A stretch of 63,624 nt of DNA, the filler included, from Chiloscyllium plagiosum (Eukaryota), in the NCBI RefSeq assembly GCF_004010195.1. It is 3 parts of one record of this genome, joined end to end, with 100 filler letters (N's around TTAATTAATTAA, not from the genome) between each part and the next. Parts side by side here need not be neighbours in the genome. Positions count along the whole stretch, not along the records: positions 31,010 to 47,848 come from NC_057714.1; positions 47,949 to 63,624 come from NC_057714.1; 1 more part is not named here. One strand, given 5' to 3'. How positions within the stretch are numbered: the first letter of the stretch is position 1; each line of letters opens with the position of its first letter. The position numbers and the translations under genes were made by a program. Below, in pieces: positions 39,700 to 52,987 of the stretch. The notes under the pieces are model-generated. The model was not told where the DNA came from, made no database searches, and was given only the letters and a program-made list of their open reading frames with translations.

Positions 39700-40495
39700 A
39701 GACTTATCGACATTTACAACACAGGAGGAGGCCATTGATCCAAAATTCTGCATTGTTCAGCAAAGGTCCAACCACACTAATCCCACTTTCCAGTTTATGG
39801 CTGGAGATATGGCAATCAAGTGAACATCTAAATGCTGTTTAAAAGTGAGGAACGTTTCTGACTGAACCACTTTCTCAGGCAGTGAGTTCCAGACTCTCGC
39901 CATCCTCTGGGTGAAGGAGGTTTTTCCTCTATTTACCTCTTACGCTACTAAGTCATATCTTAATTCTGTAACCCATGGTTATTGACCTACCTTGTGAAGG
40001 GTAATGTGCCTTCTGACCCATGCTAAATTTCCCCTCCTCATCAATTTCTTATTCAGTTCCCTTCTCAATTTTTGCTGCTCCTGGGAAAACAATCCCAGCC
40101 TACTCAATTGTTCCTCACTGCTCAGATCCTCCAATCCAGGCAACATCCCTGTAAATCTCCTCTGCATCCTAAATCTCTATAGCAATGACATCTCTTCTAT
40201 AAAATGGTGACCAGAACCACATACAGTACTTGAGTTGTGACCTAATCAGCATTTTATACAGTTCTAGCATAACCTCCATGCACTTGTATTCCATGTCTCA
40301 GCTAATAAAGACAACTATCCTTCCATGCCTTCTTAACCAGTTTATCTACCTATTCTGCTACCTTCAGCAATCTGTCCCTCTCACCTTTAGTACTTTCCAG
40401 GGTCCGAGTATTCAGATTGCAATCCCTTGACTTGTTAACCTTCCTGAAATGCATGACCTCTCAATGTTTTGGGTTGAATTCCATTTGTACCCACT
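39700..40495 (-). mobile_element. Old CR1-type LINE 3' fragment
   Basis: ORF 39979-40167: QRRFTGMLPGLEDLSSEEQLSRLGLFS. Confidence 0.75.
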
Positions 40496-42495
40496 TTTGC
40501 CTCCTTGTCATTGTTCACTCACCAAGTCTTGCTATAACAAGGAAGATAAAAGGCAGAATCTTATGTTCATATTTGACAACAACATTTTACAACAAATACT
40601 GAGTGACAATACATCACAGCTCTTATATCCTCACACTGAAAACTAAGTCTCCAAGCAAAGATATATGGGACATGTTGCTGTGGGGGAATAGGCGTGGGTA
40701 TTTCATGGTGGCTTACTGTTAGATATCAACTCCCAATGAAGCAAGACTCTTTTGTTTGACCACAGTGCAATTGGTTGAGGTCAAGTAGTGCAGAGTTCCA
40801 TACTGGGGGATTATAATGAGCTTCTTGGAAAGCTTCCATGCTACACAGTGCATGAGCATGACTTTCAGCTTGGTTGTTAAAGATGTGAAGGTCCAGATGT
40901 CCCCTTCAATAACACAGTGTGATCTCTTTCACTGACTGCACAGATTATCTACTCATGGAGCTGAAATGGCAAGTGCGTTTCTTAGTCCTTGTGCCTTTTG
41001 ATCTTAATGAGAAGGCAACCGAGGCAGAAACAGTGGTTATGAGCTCTTCAGTAAGGTAATCAAGAATGACAACCTCCAGCATCTGCCACGCAGAGAGAGA
41101 GGTAGCTGGACACGTTCGACCAGGAAGGTGAAAGCGAATGGTGAGATTCAGGTTTGCTCTGGTTATCTGCAAAATGTCTGAACAGCAATGCTGATGAAGA
41201 TTAAGGATATCCCACTCCATCATCCCAGAGCTTTGCCAGCTGCCAGATGATGTGAGCTCACAAGAATTGGATGGCAATCCCATCGTGGTGATCCTGAAGG
41301 ATACAGCAGCCCACTGTTTATGCCAGCAGCTTGTTTCAGCGGCTATGGTCCTCTGAGGCATCTTGTGCACCTCCAGTCATAAGTGCATCCAGGATATTTT
41401 TGATGCAATTTTCTTCAAATCACAGCTGTACATATCCTTGCCCCATGTTGATAAGAGTCTCACAGTTTGGGCATTGGGATTCTCCACCAGAGCTGGCCTT
41501 CCCCTGGTGCAGGGCACTATTGTTTGTACCAATATCACTTTGAGAGCACCATATCAACAACCAACTGTGTTTGTGAACTGAAAAACATTCCATTCCCTTA
41601 ATGTCCTTGGAGCTACATGACTCATATGTACTAGAACACTCAGAGGGACCTACTACTTTCTAAGATTTTTGGGCTGCTAGGGATGGGTGCTAAGAGGGGG
41701 GGTACCAGCTTAAGATATAAGTTATGACACCTTTAAGATATTTACAGATAAACACAGAAAGATGATGTGGCTCATGCTTTCACCATGACCACAGTGGGAC
41801 AGACCTTAGGCCTCGTGAAGATGAGGTTTCAATGCCACAACTGCTCCATCAGGGCTAAAGCTCCGTCAAGGTGTCCCACATCAATGTGGCTCGGTCACTT
41901 GTGAGAGATGAGCAATGATTGATGATAGCAACATTTTTCATTCGTGGGAGTAGGAGAGACACCTCATTTGTCACATATGGTCTGATTTACTCATGTTCTA
42001 TATCAAAGGTAATATGATAGCAGATATTGTAACAGTACAAGTGAAAATATATTGACAAAGTAGACAACCTATTTACAGCGATGCAGGGCCCCTGTGTGCC
42101 CTCAGTTTATTTTTTTTCTTCCTCTCCCTCTCACAATATCTGGGTGCAGGTCTGAGTTCTGTAGCTGGGCTGAAGTGTGCCTGCTCTATATTTGTTGACT
42201 TGAAAGACTTGAGCAGTTGTACCCTGGTGTCTTTGCACTGAGAGAGCCTGGGCACGCTGACAGTCTCCTGGCCAGATCCAAGATCCTCCTCCTCAGCTTG
42301 TACAGCTGCAAGTTCTTGGGACCAGAGGCAGAGGGGAGGTGCAGGAGACAGGGCACCTCTTGAGTGTCCCGCCAAGAAGCTTTGAGGATGTGAGGCATTC
42401 CTGCTCCCTGCAGATACATTCTGGCACCGCTCTGTCTCTTTGTGAGGAAGAGACTCTTGGAATAAAGTTGAGATGCTTTGTTCTCCACTTCCCTT

Positions 42496-42829
42496 CAAAG
42501 TTTGTGAGAAGATTTTTAGCTCGGATGCTCGTTGCTGTGGTTCTGTTCGCCGAGCTGGAAGTTTTTGTTGCAAACGTTTCATCCCCTGTGTAGGTGACAT
42601 CCTCAGTGCTTGGGAGCTTCCTGTGAAGCGCTTCTGTGGTGTTTCCTCCGGTATTTACAGCGGACAGCTGAAACTGACAACCGGAAGCGGCAGGCACAGG
42701 CCACTATAAATGCCGGAGGAAACACCACAGAAGCGCTTCACAGGAGGCTCCCAAGCACTGAGGATGTCACCTAGCCAGGGGACGAAATGTTTGCAACAAA
42801 AACTTCCAGCTCGGCAAACAGAACCACAG
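42496..42829. mobile_element. Fold-back Penelope-type termini (family B) with hammerhead motifs on both strands
   Basis: Inverted arms at about 42535-42662 and 42702-42830. TSD ccacttccctt at 42484-42494 and 42830-42840. Motif gca-CUGAGGA-u-gucaccu(NNNN)aggggac-GAAA(C/U)GUU-ugc at 42755-42794 (+) and 42570-42609 (-). Confidence 0.85.
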
Positions 42830-43479
42830 CCACTTCCCTTTCCACTGAGGCTGAGCATCCAGGATTAAAGTGATGGGGTACAAGTCCGAGCATATATCTG
42901 ACAACAACTAAATATTCTGCTGAACCTCAGTCTCCAAGGCAACTGCTCCCTTTTCCATGGAAACAACCAGAGATTTCCATATTGAAGCTACCATTGGAGG
43001 ACTCCTCCATCCTTGGTTCCAGACTACTGAACTGAATGCCTATGATGTATTTGCCTGATACTCCTGCAAATCTACATGCAGATTTAGCAAATCACATGGG
43101 TCAGTAGCGGGTATGGGGGGATGGTATATCTTCTACCTGGGGCGGATCCATTTCCTGATCTTCAGCAATCCTCAGAGGGCCAGTAATGGTGGAGGTTTCT
43201 TCCTTGTCCAGCTCCAGCATGTCAGTGAAGTACTGACCAGATTGTGCTCATCTGGATAGCAGACTCATGTAAGCACTGCTTTGTCAGAGCGTTCACCAGT
43301 TTCCTAATCAGAACTGGAGTTGGAGCTGAAGGGCTGGCATCATCTTCACTGAGGTTCCCTGTGTGCCTCTAAAGCCTCCAGTGGAGAGGAGAGAGAATTA
43401 GTTGGGAAATACGGATAAAAGCTTGTCCAGAAGAAGACAGCATTAGCTCTACTAGTAATGGGAGCATCACAACACAATG

Positions 43480-44220
43480 AGGTTTACTGAATTAGATCCC
43501 CTCTGGTGTCTCCCATCATGAGTGTTCCTCATGCCCAGCCAACTCCACTATCTGCACCTCATATGGAGTGAGGATCCTGATGTCTCTCACCCAGCTTTCC
43601 CACCTCACTGCATCCCTGACTGTTTCAGCCCTCTTAGCACAGTAGGCCAGTTTCTCCTGAATGAGATAAAGAGAGACATCATGAATGACAGAAATAGACA
43701 CGAGCAAATAGCGAACATGCATGAGCAGGAGAGGTGAAGAGGCTGTCCCCATTAAGTGCATACAAATAGCCAAGAGAAGCGAGGGTCTATAGTGGCAGAG
43801 GATGGGATGGGTTTAAATCATCGATACAGGCTATGCTGAGGGTTGTAATCCATCAGCCTTAAGGAGACATGTGTGTGCAGTCACAGGGTTAAATAGCCCT
43901 GTGAGTGAGGTGACAGAGACAAGATGATGCCACTTGTCCTTGCAGCATGAAGGAGACCATGGACCTTCCAGCAATGTGGGAGACAGCACTAATCCATCCT
44001 GCCATCTCTGTCAAGGACAGCTGCCTTGGTGTTGCAGCCCCTTTCTGTTGTCAGCCCAGAAGATGACTGAACTTTTCTCCGTCATTCTGCCAATGGCTTT
44101 GCAGGAATCATGGGTTGAGCTTTACTGTCTTTGACATCTTGTGTTCACAGTGTGAAGGCAGGCAGCGTGCTGTCAACAAGCACTCCTGCCTTGGAGCATC
44201 TGAAGCTATGTCCAGCTCTG
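43480..44220 (-). mobile_element. Decayed Harbinger/PIF-type Myb/SANT-like ORF (two exons)
   Basis: Minus strand shows an acceptor then EKLAY...DIRILTPYEVQIVELAG. The layout parallels the copies at 50760-51400 and 60430-61020. Confidence 0.45.
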
Positions 44221-45436
44221 CTTTAAATCTGGCACCAGAGGCTTGGAATCTGAAAGGCCCCAGACATCCACCTCACCTGTCACCAATTTCACCAAGTATG
44301 TGCCCAGCTTCTTGCTTGGAGAATTAATAAAAAGCATTAATAAAAACATTTGCATGAGAAATGCACCTGGACCATTGTAAAGTCGACATTAAGTAACTCG
44401 CTCGCCGTCTCTCTTGAGCAGCAAATAGGAAAATCCCAGCCATAAGTTTTAAGAAGCATCCTAAAGGAGAAAAGTAAGGCTGAGATACATTATTTGATAT
44501 CAAATAAGTTGAAAGAGTTGTTGTTGGAAGTAAAAATATTTACGTACTACCAGTAAGAAACTATTGTATGAAGCTTGGCACTGGGTGCGATATTCAGGAT
44601 CGTTATTCCGCATATGGGCCAGGCTTTGAAATAGCTTACTATTGTTGGGGAATTGCCTGCGTTTTGTATAAAACAAGCTTGTGAAATTTATCTCAATCTT
44701 ATTACACATGCCACATTGAGGAAGTCTTCATTAATATCCGAGATGGAAGGATTCTTTTTTTTGGTTTTTCAGCAGGTATCCTCCGGTCACTTGGAGAACA
44801 ATCAAAACCCACTGAATAAGCAATAGATAAAATTAATTATGGAAACCTCTCAGTTAAGCATTCCTCAAAGATACTGATAATTCTATTTTCAAATAGTGTA
44901 CAAAATAATTGCTACAACCAGGAAACAAATCAATTTTTCCTTTTATTTCAGCTGTGTTAAGGTTTGATTTTTTTTAAAAGGAAATACCTTGAAGATGCTG
45001 CAGTAAGTAGTGATGGAATGGTGGCTTGGGTTGGTGACAATATGTTTACATTATGTAGAGGATTGGTGTGTAGACCAAGCAAATAGCAGTAGAAAGTAAA
45101 GAGAAATCAAAGAACCAGTCATCATCGCAGCATGAAGAAGAATAACAGCAAAAGAAAAATAATCAATTAAAGCCATGGTTTAAAGCTTAATCTTGTACTC
45201 ATTTTAGATTCCCTTATTTTAAAGATGTAATCATTTCACATTGCGTTGTCCTTCACACTTGTGTACACAAACGCAAATAATTATAATTTCTGTTCTGGAC
45301 AAATTAATTGGGATTGACTTTCATGGCATTTTGCCTTTGGCCTCGATGAAAATTCTTGAATGTCTCTCACCCAGCTTTCCCACCTCACTGCATCCCTGAC
45401 TGTTTCAGCCCTCTTAGCACAGTAGGCTAAGGGTGT

Positions 45437-45628
45437 TCAAAGGGTGTTGTGAAACTTGAAAGGGTTCAGAAAAGATTTACAACAATGTTGCCAGGGTCGA
45501 CGGGTTTGAACTATAGGGAGAGGCTGAATAGGCTGGGGCTGTTTTTCCTGGAGCGTTGGAGGCTGAGGGTTGTAAAATCATGAGGGGCATGGATAGGGTG
45601 AATAGACAAAACTCAATGATTCTACGAC
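45437..45628 (+). mobile_element. Short, internally deleted CR1/HER1-type LINE fragment
   Basis: VVKLERVQKRFTTMLPG...YRERLNRLGLF, then a jump to an atgattctacgactc tail. Confidence 0.8.
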
Positions 45629-46147
45629 TCAAATATTTCCAAAGGGTACAGACTATGTTTCAATAATATCACAGGCTTACTTGGAGCAATTTGCACCATT
45701 GCCAAAATTCTGAGCCCTTGATGGATCATGATTTAAACTGCCTTTTTGCTGGACCAATGAAACTATCCAAAATCCAAAATCCAAAGTGAAAGCTGCATTT
45801 ATGTTTGGGGTGGATGGCTAGCTACAGTATAAACATAACAGAATCCATTGACCTAAGTACTCTGTTGACCTGAAGACAATGCACTAATCAAAAGGCAAAG
45901 CTCCCAGTCAAAGTATAAAGGAAACCTTAGAAACAGCAATTGATTCCCCTGAGATCTGTTGCCATAAACCTTTTTTTCACATTAGACCTCCCTTCAAACC
46001 CATAGCAGACCTTATACCATTTGAGAACTAGAATATGATTTACTGAACTTAATAGAATGACGAGGATATTATTAAAACAGAAAATTCCAGAAATACGCAG
46101 AAATTCTGCCAACAGCTGTGCTTCAGGTCAGCTTGATATAACTTTAG

Positions 46148-47030
46148 ATCATAAGATATAAAAGCAGATGGAGGCCATTCAACCGATTGAGTCTTCTCTG
46201 TCATTCATTGAAATCACAGGTAATCTGAGAAACCTCAACTCCACTTTCCTGCATTTTCCCCATAATCCTTGATTCCTGTTTCCCTACTCTCTGAGAAAAG
46301 AAATTTGTCTTATCTCTTTCTTAAATGTGCAACCAACTATCCTGTGATTATACTGTCTGGTCCTAGACTTTCACATAAGGGGAAATAATCTTTCTGCATC
46401 TACTCTATAAAATCCCATAAGAACCTTTGTATATTTCAATAAAGTTATGTCTAATTTTTCTCAATTCCAGTGTGTATCAATCAAATATACTCAACCTTTC
46501 CTCATACAGCAGTCTGTCATACCTAAGATCGGTCTACTGACCTTCTCCAGACTGCTTCCAATGTCACTATTTTTTTTTAGATAAGAGGGTCAAAGCTGTT
46601 CACCGTAGTCTAACTCGTGCTTTGCACAGATTTAGCAAAACATCCCTATTTTTTACACTCCAATCTCTTTGAAATAAAGGCCAACATTCCATTTGCCTTT
46701 CCTATTACATACTGAATTTGGATGCTAGCTTTTTATAAGACCATAAGACCATAAGACATAGGAGCAAAAGTAAGGCCATTCGGCCCATCGAGTCCACTCT
46801 GCCATTCAATCATGGCTGATGGGCATTTCAACTCCACTTACCTGCATTCTCCCCATAGCCCTTAATTCCCCGTAGCCCTTAATTTATGATTTATGCACAA
46901 AGATTCCTAAATCTCTCTGTACTGAGTGTTCTGCAGTCTTCAATTCTTCCTGTCTTTTTCTCATATTCATTCTGCCAAGTTTTACCCATTGCTTAACCTG
47001 TCTACAGATTCATTGTGTCATTCTCACGAG
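46148..47030 (-). mobile_element. Old CR1 fragment containing a younger CR1 3' end (46735-46883) with (ccataaga)n tail
   Basis: 46735-46883 is the reverse complement of the 31430-31568 family. The flanks are degenerate CR1. Confidence 0.65.
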
Positions 47031-47619
47031 TTGCGTAAATGGGATGGAAGCCCAATATTTTACTCTAAACTGCAACCCCTTCATCGGAATTAAAACATAT
47101 TTCTGTTCTGCAATTTTTTTCAGGTCTTAGCAAACAGTACAGAATGACTCTCAAGAAAATGTTCAGTAAACGGGATCAAGTGAGATAAGGTTTATGGATA
47201 GATGAGAGTATTTATCAAATAAATACTTTCATAGCAAAACTTGCAACTATATTGGAGCACAGCAAGCCTGTACAGATTTATCTAAATGGAAATTCTATTT
47301 ATTTTTGTCACGTAGAGAAAGAGAAAAAAGAAATAATTCAAAACTATAAAGATACAAAGAGCGCATATGGAATAACATAGACATAGAACATTGAAAATAG
47401 GAGCAGAAATAAGCCATTCAGCCCTTAGAGTCAGCTCCACCATTCAATATGATCATAGTTGATCATCCAACTCAATACCCTTTGCTCCATTTAACCCTGA
47501 GATCTATAGGATCAGTTAAAATAGAACTATATAACCACATGGAGACAAAGGGATGAGAAACAATGAAGTAGGCATTAATTACTGAGCAGTCGCACAACAG
47601 AGTGCACTGAATGATCAAA

Positions 47620-47848
47620 TGCTGGAAATGTGTTGCTGGAAAAGCGCAGCAGGTCAGGCAGCATCCAGGGAACAGGAGAATCGACGTTTCGGGCATAAGC
47701 CCTTCTTCAGGAATGGGGAAAGTTTGTCCAGCAGGCTAAGATAAAAGGTAGGGAGGAGGGACTTGGGGGAGGGGCGTCGGAAATGTTCCGACGCCCCTCT
47801 CCCAAGTCCCTCCTCCCTACCTTTTATCTTAGCCTGGACAAACTTTCC
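47620..47848. mobile_element. Penelope-type terminus plus body forming a fold-back, cut by the gap
   Basis: Family A repeat 47620-47714 with hammerhead core at 47683-47710 (-). Inverted arms at about 47717-47782 and 47785-47848. Confidence 0.85.
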
Positions 47849-47948
47849 NNNNNNNNNNNNNNNNNNNNNNNNNNNNNNNNNNNNNNNNNNNNTTAATTAA
47901 TTAANNNNNNNNNNNNNNNNNNNNNNNNNNNNNNNNNNNNNNNNNNNN
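47849..47948. other. 100-nt artificial gap spacer
   Basis: 44 N + TTAATTAATTAA + 44 N. Confidence 0.95.
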
Positions 47949-48898
47949 GGAAAACAACCCCAGCCTGTTCAGCCTCTCCCTGCAGCTCAAATCCTCCAAC
48001 CCTGGCAGCGTCCCTGTAAATCTTTTCTGAACCCCTTCAAGTTTCACAACATCCTTCCGATAGGAAGGAGACCAGAATTGCACACAATGTTCTAAATGTG
48101 GCCTAACCAATGTGCTGTACAGCTGCAACATGACCTCCCAACTCCTGTACTCAATGCTCTGACCAGTAAAGGAAAGCATACCAAAAGCCGCCTTCATTAT
48201 CCTACCTACCTGCGATTGCACTTTCAAGGCGTTATGAACCTGCACTCCAAGGTCTGTTTGTTCAGCAACACACTCTAGGACCTTACCATTAAGTGTGTAA
48301 GTCCTGCTAAGATTTGCTTTCCCAAAATGCAGCACCTCGCATTTATCTGAATTAAACACCATCTGCCCATTGGCCCATCTGGTCCAGATCCTGTTGTAAT
48401 CTGAGATAACCCTCTTCGCTGTCCACTACACCTCCAATTTTGGTATCATCTGCAAACTTACTAACTGTACCTCTTATGCTCACATCCAAATCATTTATGT
48501 AAATGACAAAAAGTAGAGGGCCCAGCACCGATCCTTGTGGCACTCCACACGTCACAGGCCTCCAGTCTGAAAAACAACCCTCCACCACCATCCTCTGTCT
48601 TCTACCTTTGAGTCAGTTCTGTATCCAAATGGCTAGTTCTCCCTGTATTTCATGAGATCTAACCTTGCTAATCAGTCTCCCATGGGGAACCTTGTCAAGC
48701 GCCTTATTGAAGTCCATATAGATCACATCTACAGCTCTGACCTCATTAATCTTCTTTGTTACTTCAAAAAACTCAATCAAGTTTGTGAGACATGATTTCC
48801 CACACACAAAGCCATGTTTACTATCCCGAATCAGTCCTTGCCTTTCCAAATACATGTACATCCTGTCCCTCAGGATTCCCTCCAACAACTTGCCCACC
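47949..48898 (-). mobile_element. CR1/HER1-type LINE RT region
   Basis: [55 protein letters not shown] and KFADDTKIGG; frameshifted. Confidence 0.95.
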
Positions 48899-48977
48899 TG
48901 TTAGACTGCAATTAGAGTGCTGCATACGTTTCTAGTTATTGTGTTAAAGGAAGAGTGTAACAGAGGTATGGAGGTGT

Positions 48978-49280
48978 TTTAGATTAGATTACAGTGTGGA
49001 AACAGGCCCTTCGGCCCACCAAGTCCACACCGACCCGCCGAAGCGAAACCCACCCATACCCCTACATTTACCCCTTCACCTAACACTACGGGCAATTTAG
49101 CATGGCCAATTCACCTGACCTGCACATCTTTGGACTGTGGGAGGAAACCGGAGCACCTGGAGGAAACCCACGCAGACACAGGGAGAACGTGCAAACTCCA
49201 CACAGTCAGTCGCCTGAGGCGGGAATTGAACCCGGGTCTCTGGCGCTGTGAGACAGCAGTGCAAACCACTGTGCCACCAT
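48978..49280 (-). mobile_element. HE1-like V-SINE, young and CpG-rich, with (tctaa)n tail
   Basis: Intact A and B boxes and V-domain on the minus strand. Confidence 0.9.
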
Positions 49281-49539
49281 GAGGATCTTGTCAAGAATGG
49301 CGAATCTTAGCTATGTGTAGAAATGTATTTGATTGGGATCTTTTCTTTGGAATAGTAAAGGATGAGGGGACATTTAATTGAAGTCTATGAACTGTTGTTT
49401 GACCGAGAAAGAATGTACAAGACGGATATGTTTTTGTTCGTGGAGAGGGCAATAAACAAGAGGCATAGATTTAGAACTAGAGGGGATATGTTGAGTAAAT
49501 TTTCATCCAGGACATGGTGTATGAGATGGTGATAGAGAC

Positions 49540-49665
49540 AGGAATGATGAAGGGCTTATGCCCGAAAAGTTTATTCCTCTGCTTGGATACTGCCTGACCT
49601 TCTGTGCTTTTCCAGCGTCACACTTCTGACTAACTCTCCAGAATCTGCAGTCTTCACTTTCTCCC
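49540..49665 (+). mobile_element. Family A Penelope-type terminus with a broken hammerhead core
   Basis: atgatgaagggcttatgcccgaaaag...ctgcagtcttcactttctcc; lacks the C of CUGA and the GUC site. Confidence 0.7.
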
Positions 49666-49807
49666 TGTTCAGAATTGAGCTAACTGTGTCTTATCAATAT
49701 ATATGTTTACAAATAAATACTGTTGCCTAGGTAATCAACAAATGAAACATGGTTAATTGTTGGAATTAATGTGATATAATAATTACTCAGTTATAGTGAA
49801 TCTTTAA

Positions 49808-50098
<291 letters not shown>

Positions 50099-50420
50099 TG
50101 AGCAGAATCGTATAGCGGTCTGCGTTATGTAGGCTATGGCCAGCTTTGTGATAGTATTGGATGGGGAGGCTGATCTTTGCATCAGGAACATTTTGCTCAA
50201 CCTTTGATTTTTGTAAGCTGCATTAGGCAGTGATGAATCCCCACTAAAAGGGGAATATTGTATGTTGAATACTGTTTTCGCTCAACTTGGCTTTATTATT
50301 ATTCTGCTTTGTATCTTACTAAACATTTTTAAGTATACTAGATGTTGAGAAAATTTCAGCATGAAAGCCAGAGTACGTTTCTTGCTAATTCAGCTCACCA
50401 CTTGCTCTGAGTGATCACCA

Positions 50421-50581
50421 TCAAGATTAGAGTGGTGCTGGAAAAGCACAGCAGGTCAGGCAGCATCTGAGGAGCAAGAAAATCGACGTTTCGGGCAGGA
50501 GCCCTTCATCAGAAATGAGCTTTTCCAGCACCACTCTAATCTTTACTCTGATCTCCAGCATCTGCGATCCTCACTTTTACC
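50421..50581. mobile_element. Fold-back Penelope-type termini (family A) in a VWDE-like intron
   Basis: agattagagtggtgctggaaaagc is inverted as gcttttccagcaccactctaatct. Hammerhead core on the minus strand at 50485-50512. Decayed TSD ctgagtgatcaccat / ctgaatggccaccat. Confidence 0.8.
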
Positions 50582-50759
50582 TGAATGGCCACCATGTTGA
50601 ATACTAGGCACCTTCATGGACATGTATCAGCCTCTTAAAAAACCCTCGTGGCACATCTCTGATTATGTCACAGGATGTTTGTGCACTTCAGTGCTATACC
50701 TCAGTCTGTACTGGCAGTCAAAGGAGATAGCTTTTGCTCACTGGGTCCCTGCACAATTA

Positions 50760-51400
50760 GTTAAAAGTAGCCTCTGGCATTAATCCAGTCAGTCAGCTGC
50801 TCAAAATGGTCAGAGACCAAGTACTCACCACATAAAGGGTGGAGAGCTGAACGTTAGGAAACCCACAACTCATCATAGCTCTTCCTGCCCTATTGTGAGG
50901 TTGTTTACCTCCTGGAATGAGAGGCAGGTGTTAAGGGAGATGAAAGTGGGTGGCACAGCTATTGCTGTTTGGACGACTTCCCAGCTGCACTAAGTGAGCA
51001 AATCGGTGGCACAGAGCAGATGCAGAGTTAGTGCTATTGAGGTAGGTGAGATCAAATGAGAGAAGATAAGGCAGGCATTAGACAGAGTGATAAAGCATGA
51101 GCCTTAGTGGGGATTGGGTCCAATAGTACCATGTGAAGTATTGAAACGAATATGGAGGCATTTGCGCTAGTGGAGGGGACAGAGTCATTTATCTTTTCTC
51201 TCCATTGCCATATGCCCCCCCCAAAATGACTGAGATGGCTTTCGCCGAGGGGCCATCTTGGGCAAGGCTGGCATGGCTTTTTGATGTGTGTTGGGGGAAG
51301 AGGGGATCCTGTGTCTGCACCATCTCATGCAGCAGGACCTCCAGGACCATGACCACACATTGGTGCAGCAACGTGCAGCTGTCTGCCATCTCTTGGCAAA
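50760..51400 (-). mobile_element. Decayed Harbinger/PIF-type Myb/SANT-like ORF
   Basis: MAD...LEVLLHEMVQTQDPLFP...AISVI...EKR, then after an acceptor at about 50915 a PHNRAGR..CGFP segment. Resembles the Myb/SANT-like accessory protein of Harbinger elements. Confidence 0.5.
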
Positions 51401-52317
51401 TGTCAGGGACTATGCAGAGCAGCTCTGGATTGACAGTGCCTGCCCAGATTTGCAATGGCCCTTTTCAAGGTAAAGTGGGAATAAAAAATACTAGTGAATT
51501 CTAGGATATTGGTGTTGAGTGACGAGTTCTTTTGGGAACTGCATGTAGTAAAATGGGTCCAGAATTGGACGTGAAGGCTGTCAGAACAGCATGTTAAGTA
51601 ATTACTGAGGTGAACTTGGTAAGACACAGTGAAAAAGCTGGTTAAGCCTCGTAGCAGCAACTCTCATTAGAAAAAACTCAATGCAACTCAAATGTAGCCT
51701 AAAAACATCCGATTCTGTTCATTGTTCATTTTGAACAATACTGTTCTACTGGATGGAAAGGTACAATATGAAATATAAGAAACCATTTATTAGGAGAGAG
51801 GCGAAATATTGCTGAAAAGTGGGGCATGTTGCTGAAGCTTTTCCTACTCCATCCATAGGGACAAGCACAAGAATACTGTCTTTCAAATGCTCATAACAGT
51901 CTAAGCTACAGGAAAAACAAAATGCTGAGTAGTTGACATGTTGACTTTTACTTGCTAATGTTACCATGAAGAAAGATGTGAGGAAAACTAAACTCCTGAT
52001 TAATACAAAAAAGACAGCATTTTTTTTTGTTGGGTTCCTGCTCATAAATCTTTAAGCAAATGTAGAGCAGCATCTTTATGAGCTTGACTGATCATCAGAT
52101 TAAGCAAGCTGTTTACGCCACTAATATGCAGTAGTTATGAGAGTGGTACTTTCCAAATAGGATGTTGCTGTCAGTCCAAAACTATGTTCTGCCCATTACA
52201 CAATTGAGCAATGTTGTTTATGAATTTGTGCTCTGGTAATGCCCATAAATAGAATGCATATCCCAATGAGTGGCTCATCAAATCAAGCATCAAACAACCT
52301 TTCATTGTTCATAATAA

Positions 52318-52987
52318 TATTATGGACTAGGCCAGACCACTCAAAACATTCTTAAGCAGACAGCTCAGAGCATAACTTCGCAATTTGTTTTGGTAAGTGT
52401 CCAGTGAAAATTATCCGGATTAAGTTAGCTGGGCTGACTACTAGATTTTTGAACAGACAAAAATTTATCCACAAAATTACACAATGAAACACTAAGAACA
52501 GAATAAATAACTCCTACAGAATTCAGCCGAATCAACTAGATTTAATTTGTTGTACTGAATATACACAACAGTCCCAATAAGCAAACTCCCTTCAAAAATT
52601 AGTATAAATGGAATACACACTTACAGGTTGAAGTTGAAGGGCAGGAAAGAGACAGAGAGAGAGGGGGAGAGAGAGTTTCCACACAGCTCCCTGTTGAACT
52701 CCTTACCAGTTCAAGACTGAACTAAAACTGCTCAACTCAGCTAGAGAGCTGATCACCCCCCTTTCTTTATACAGGTCACTTCTAAAACATGACCACCTTC
52801 GCCTGAAGTCTCATCAGTTTACATATAAACAAAAGGTCTCTTAAAATCCTTTCCACCTCTGTACCAAATCAGACTGATTAGAGCCTGGCCTGGTTTATTA
52901 CCCCTCAGGGAAAAACAAATCAAGGACAAAGTCTCTTTGAGTCAAGGAGCAGTTTTTAGGAAAACACAAGGGACTAGCTTTGTTATA
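52318..52987. mobile_element. Probable solo LTR
   Basis: Ends tattatgg...ttgttata (decayed TG..CA), flanked by ATAA on both sides. Similar in start and layout to 58116-58732. Confidence 0.45.

Noticed and set aside
40700..41600. Several ORFs and possible LINE or transposase remnants
   Set aside because: Probably an old mobile element, but the motifs are too degraded to assign.
42073..42858. Cluster of overlapping ORFs up to 175 aa
   Set aside because: Largely produced by the GC-rich family B fold-back element; no recognisable protein or splice structure.
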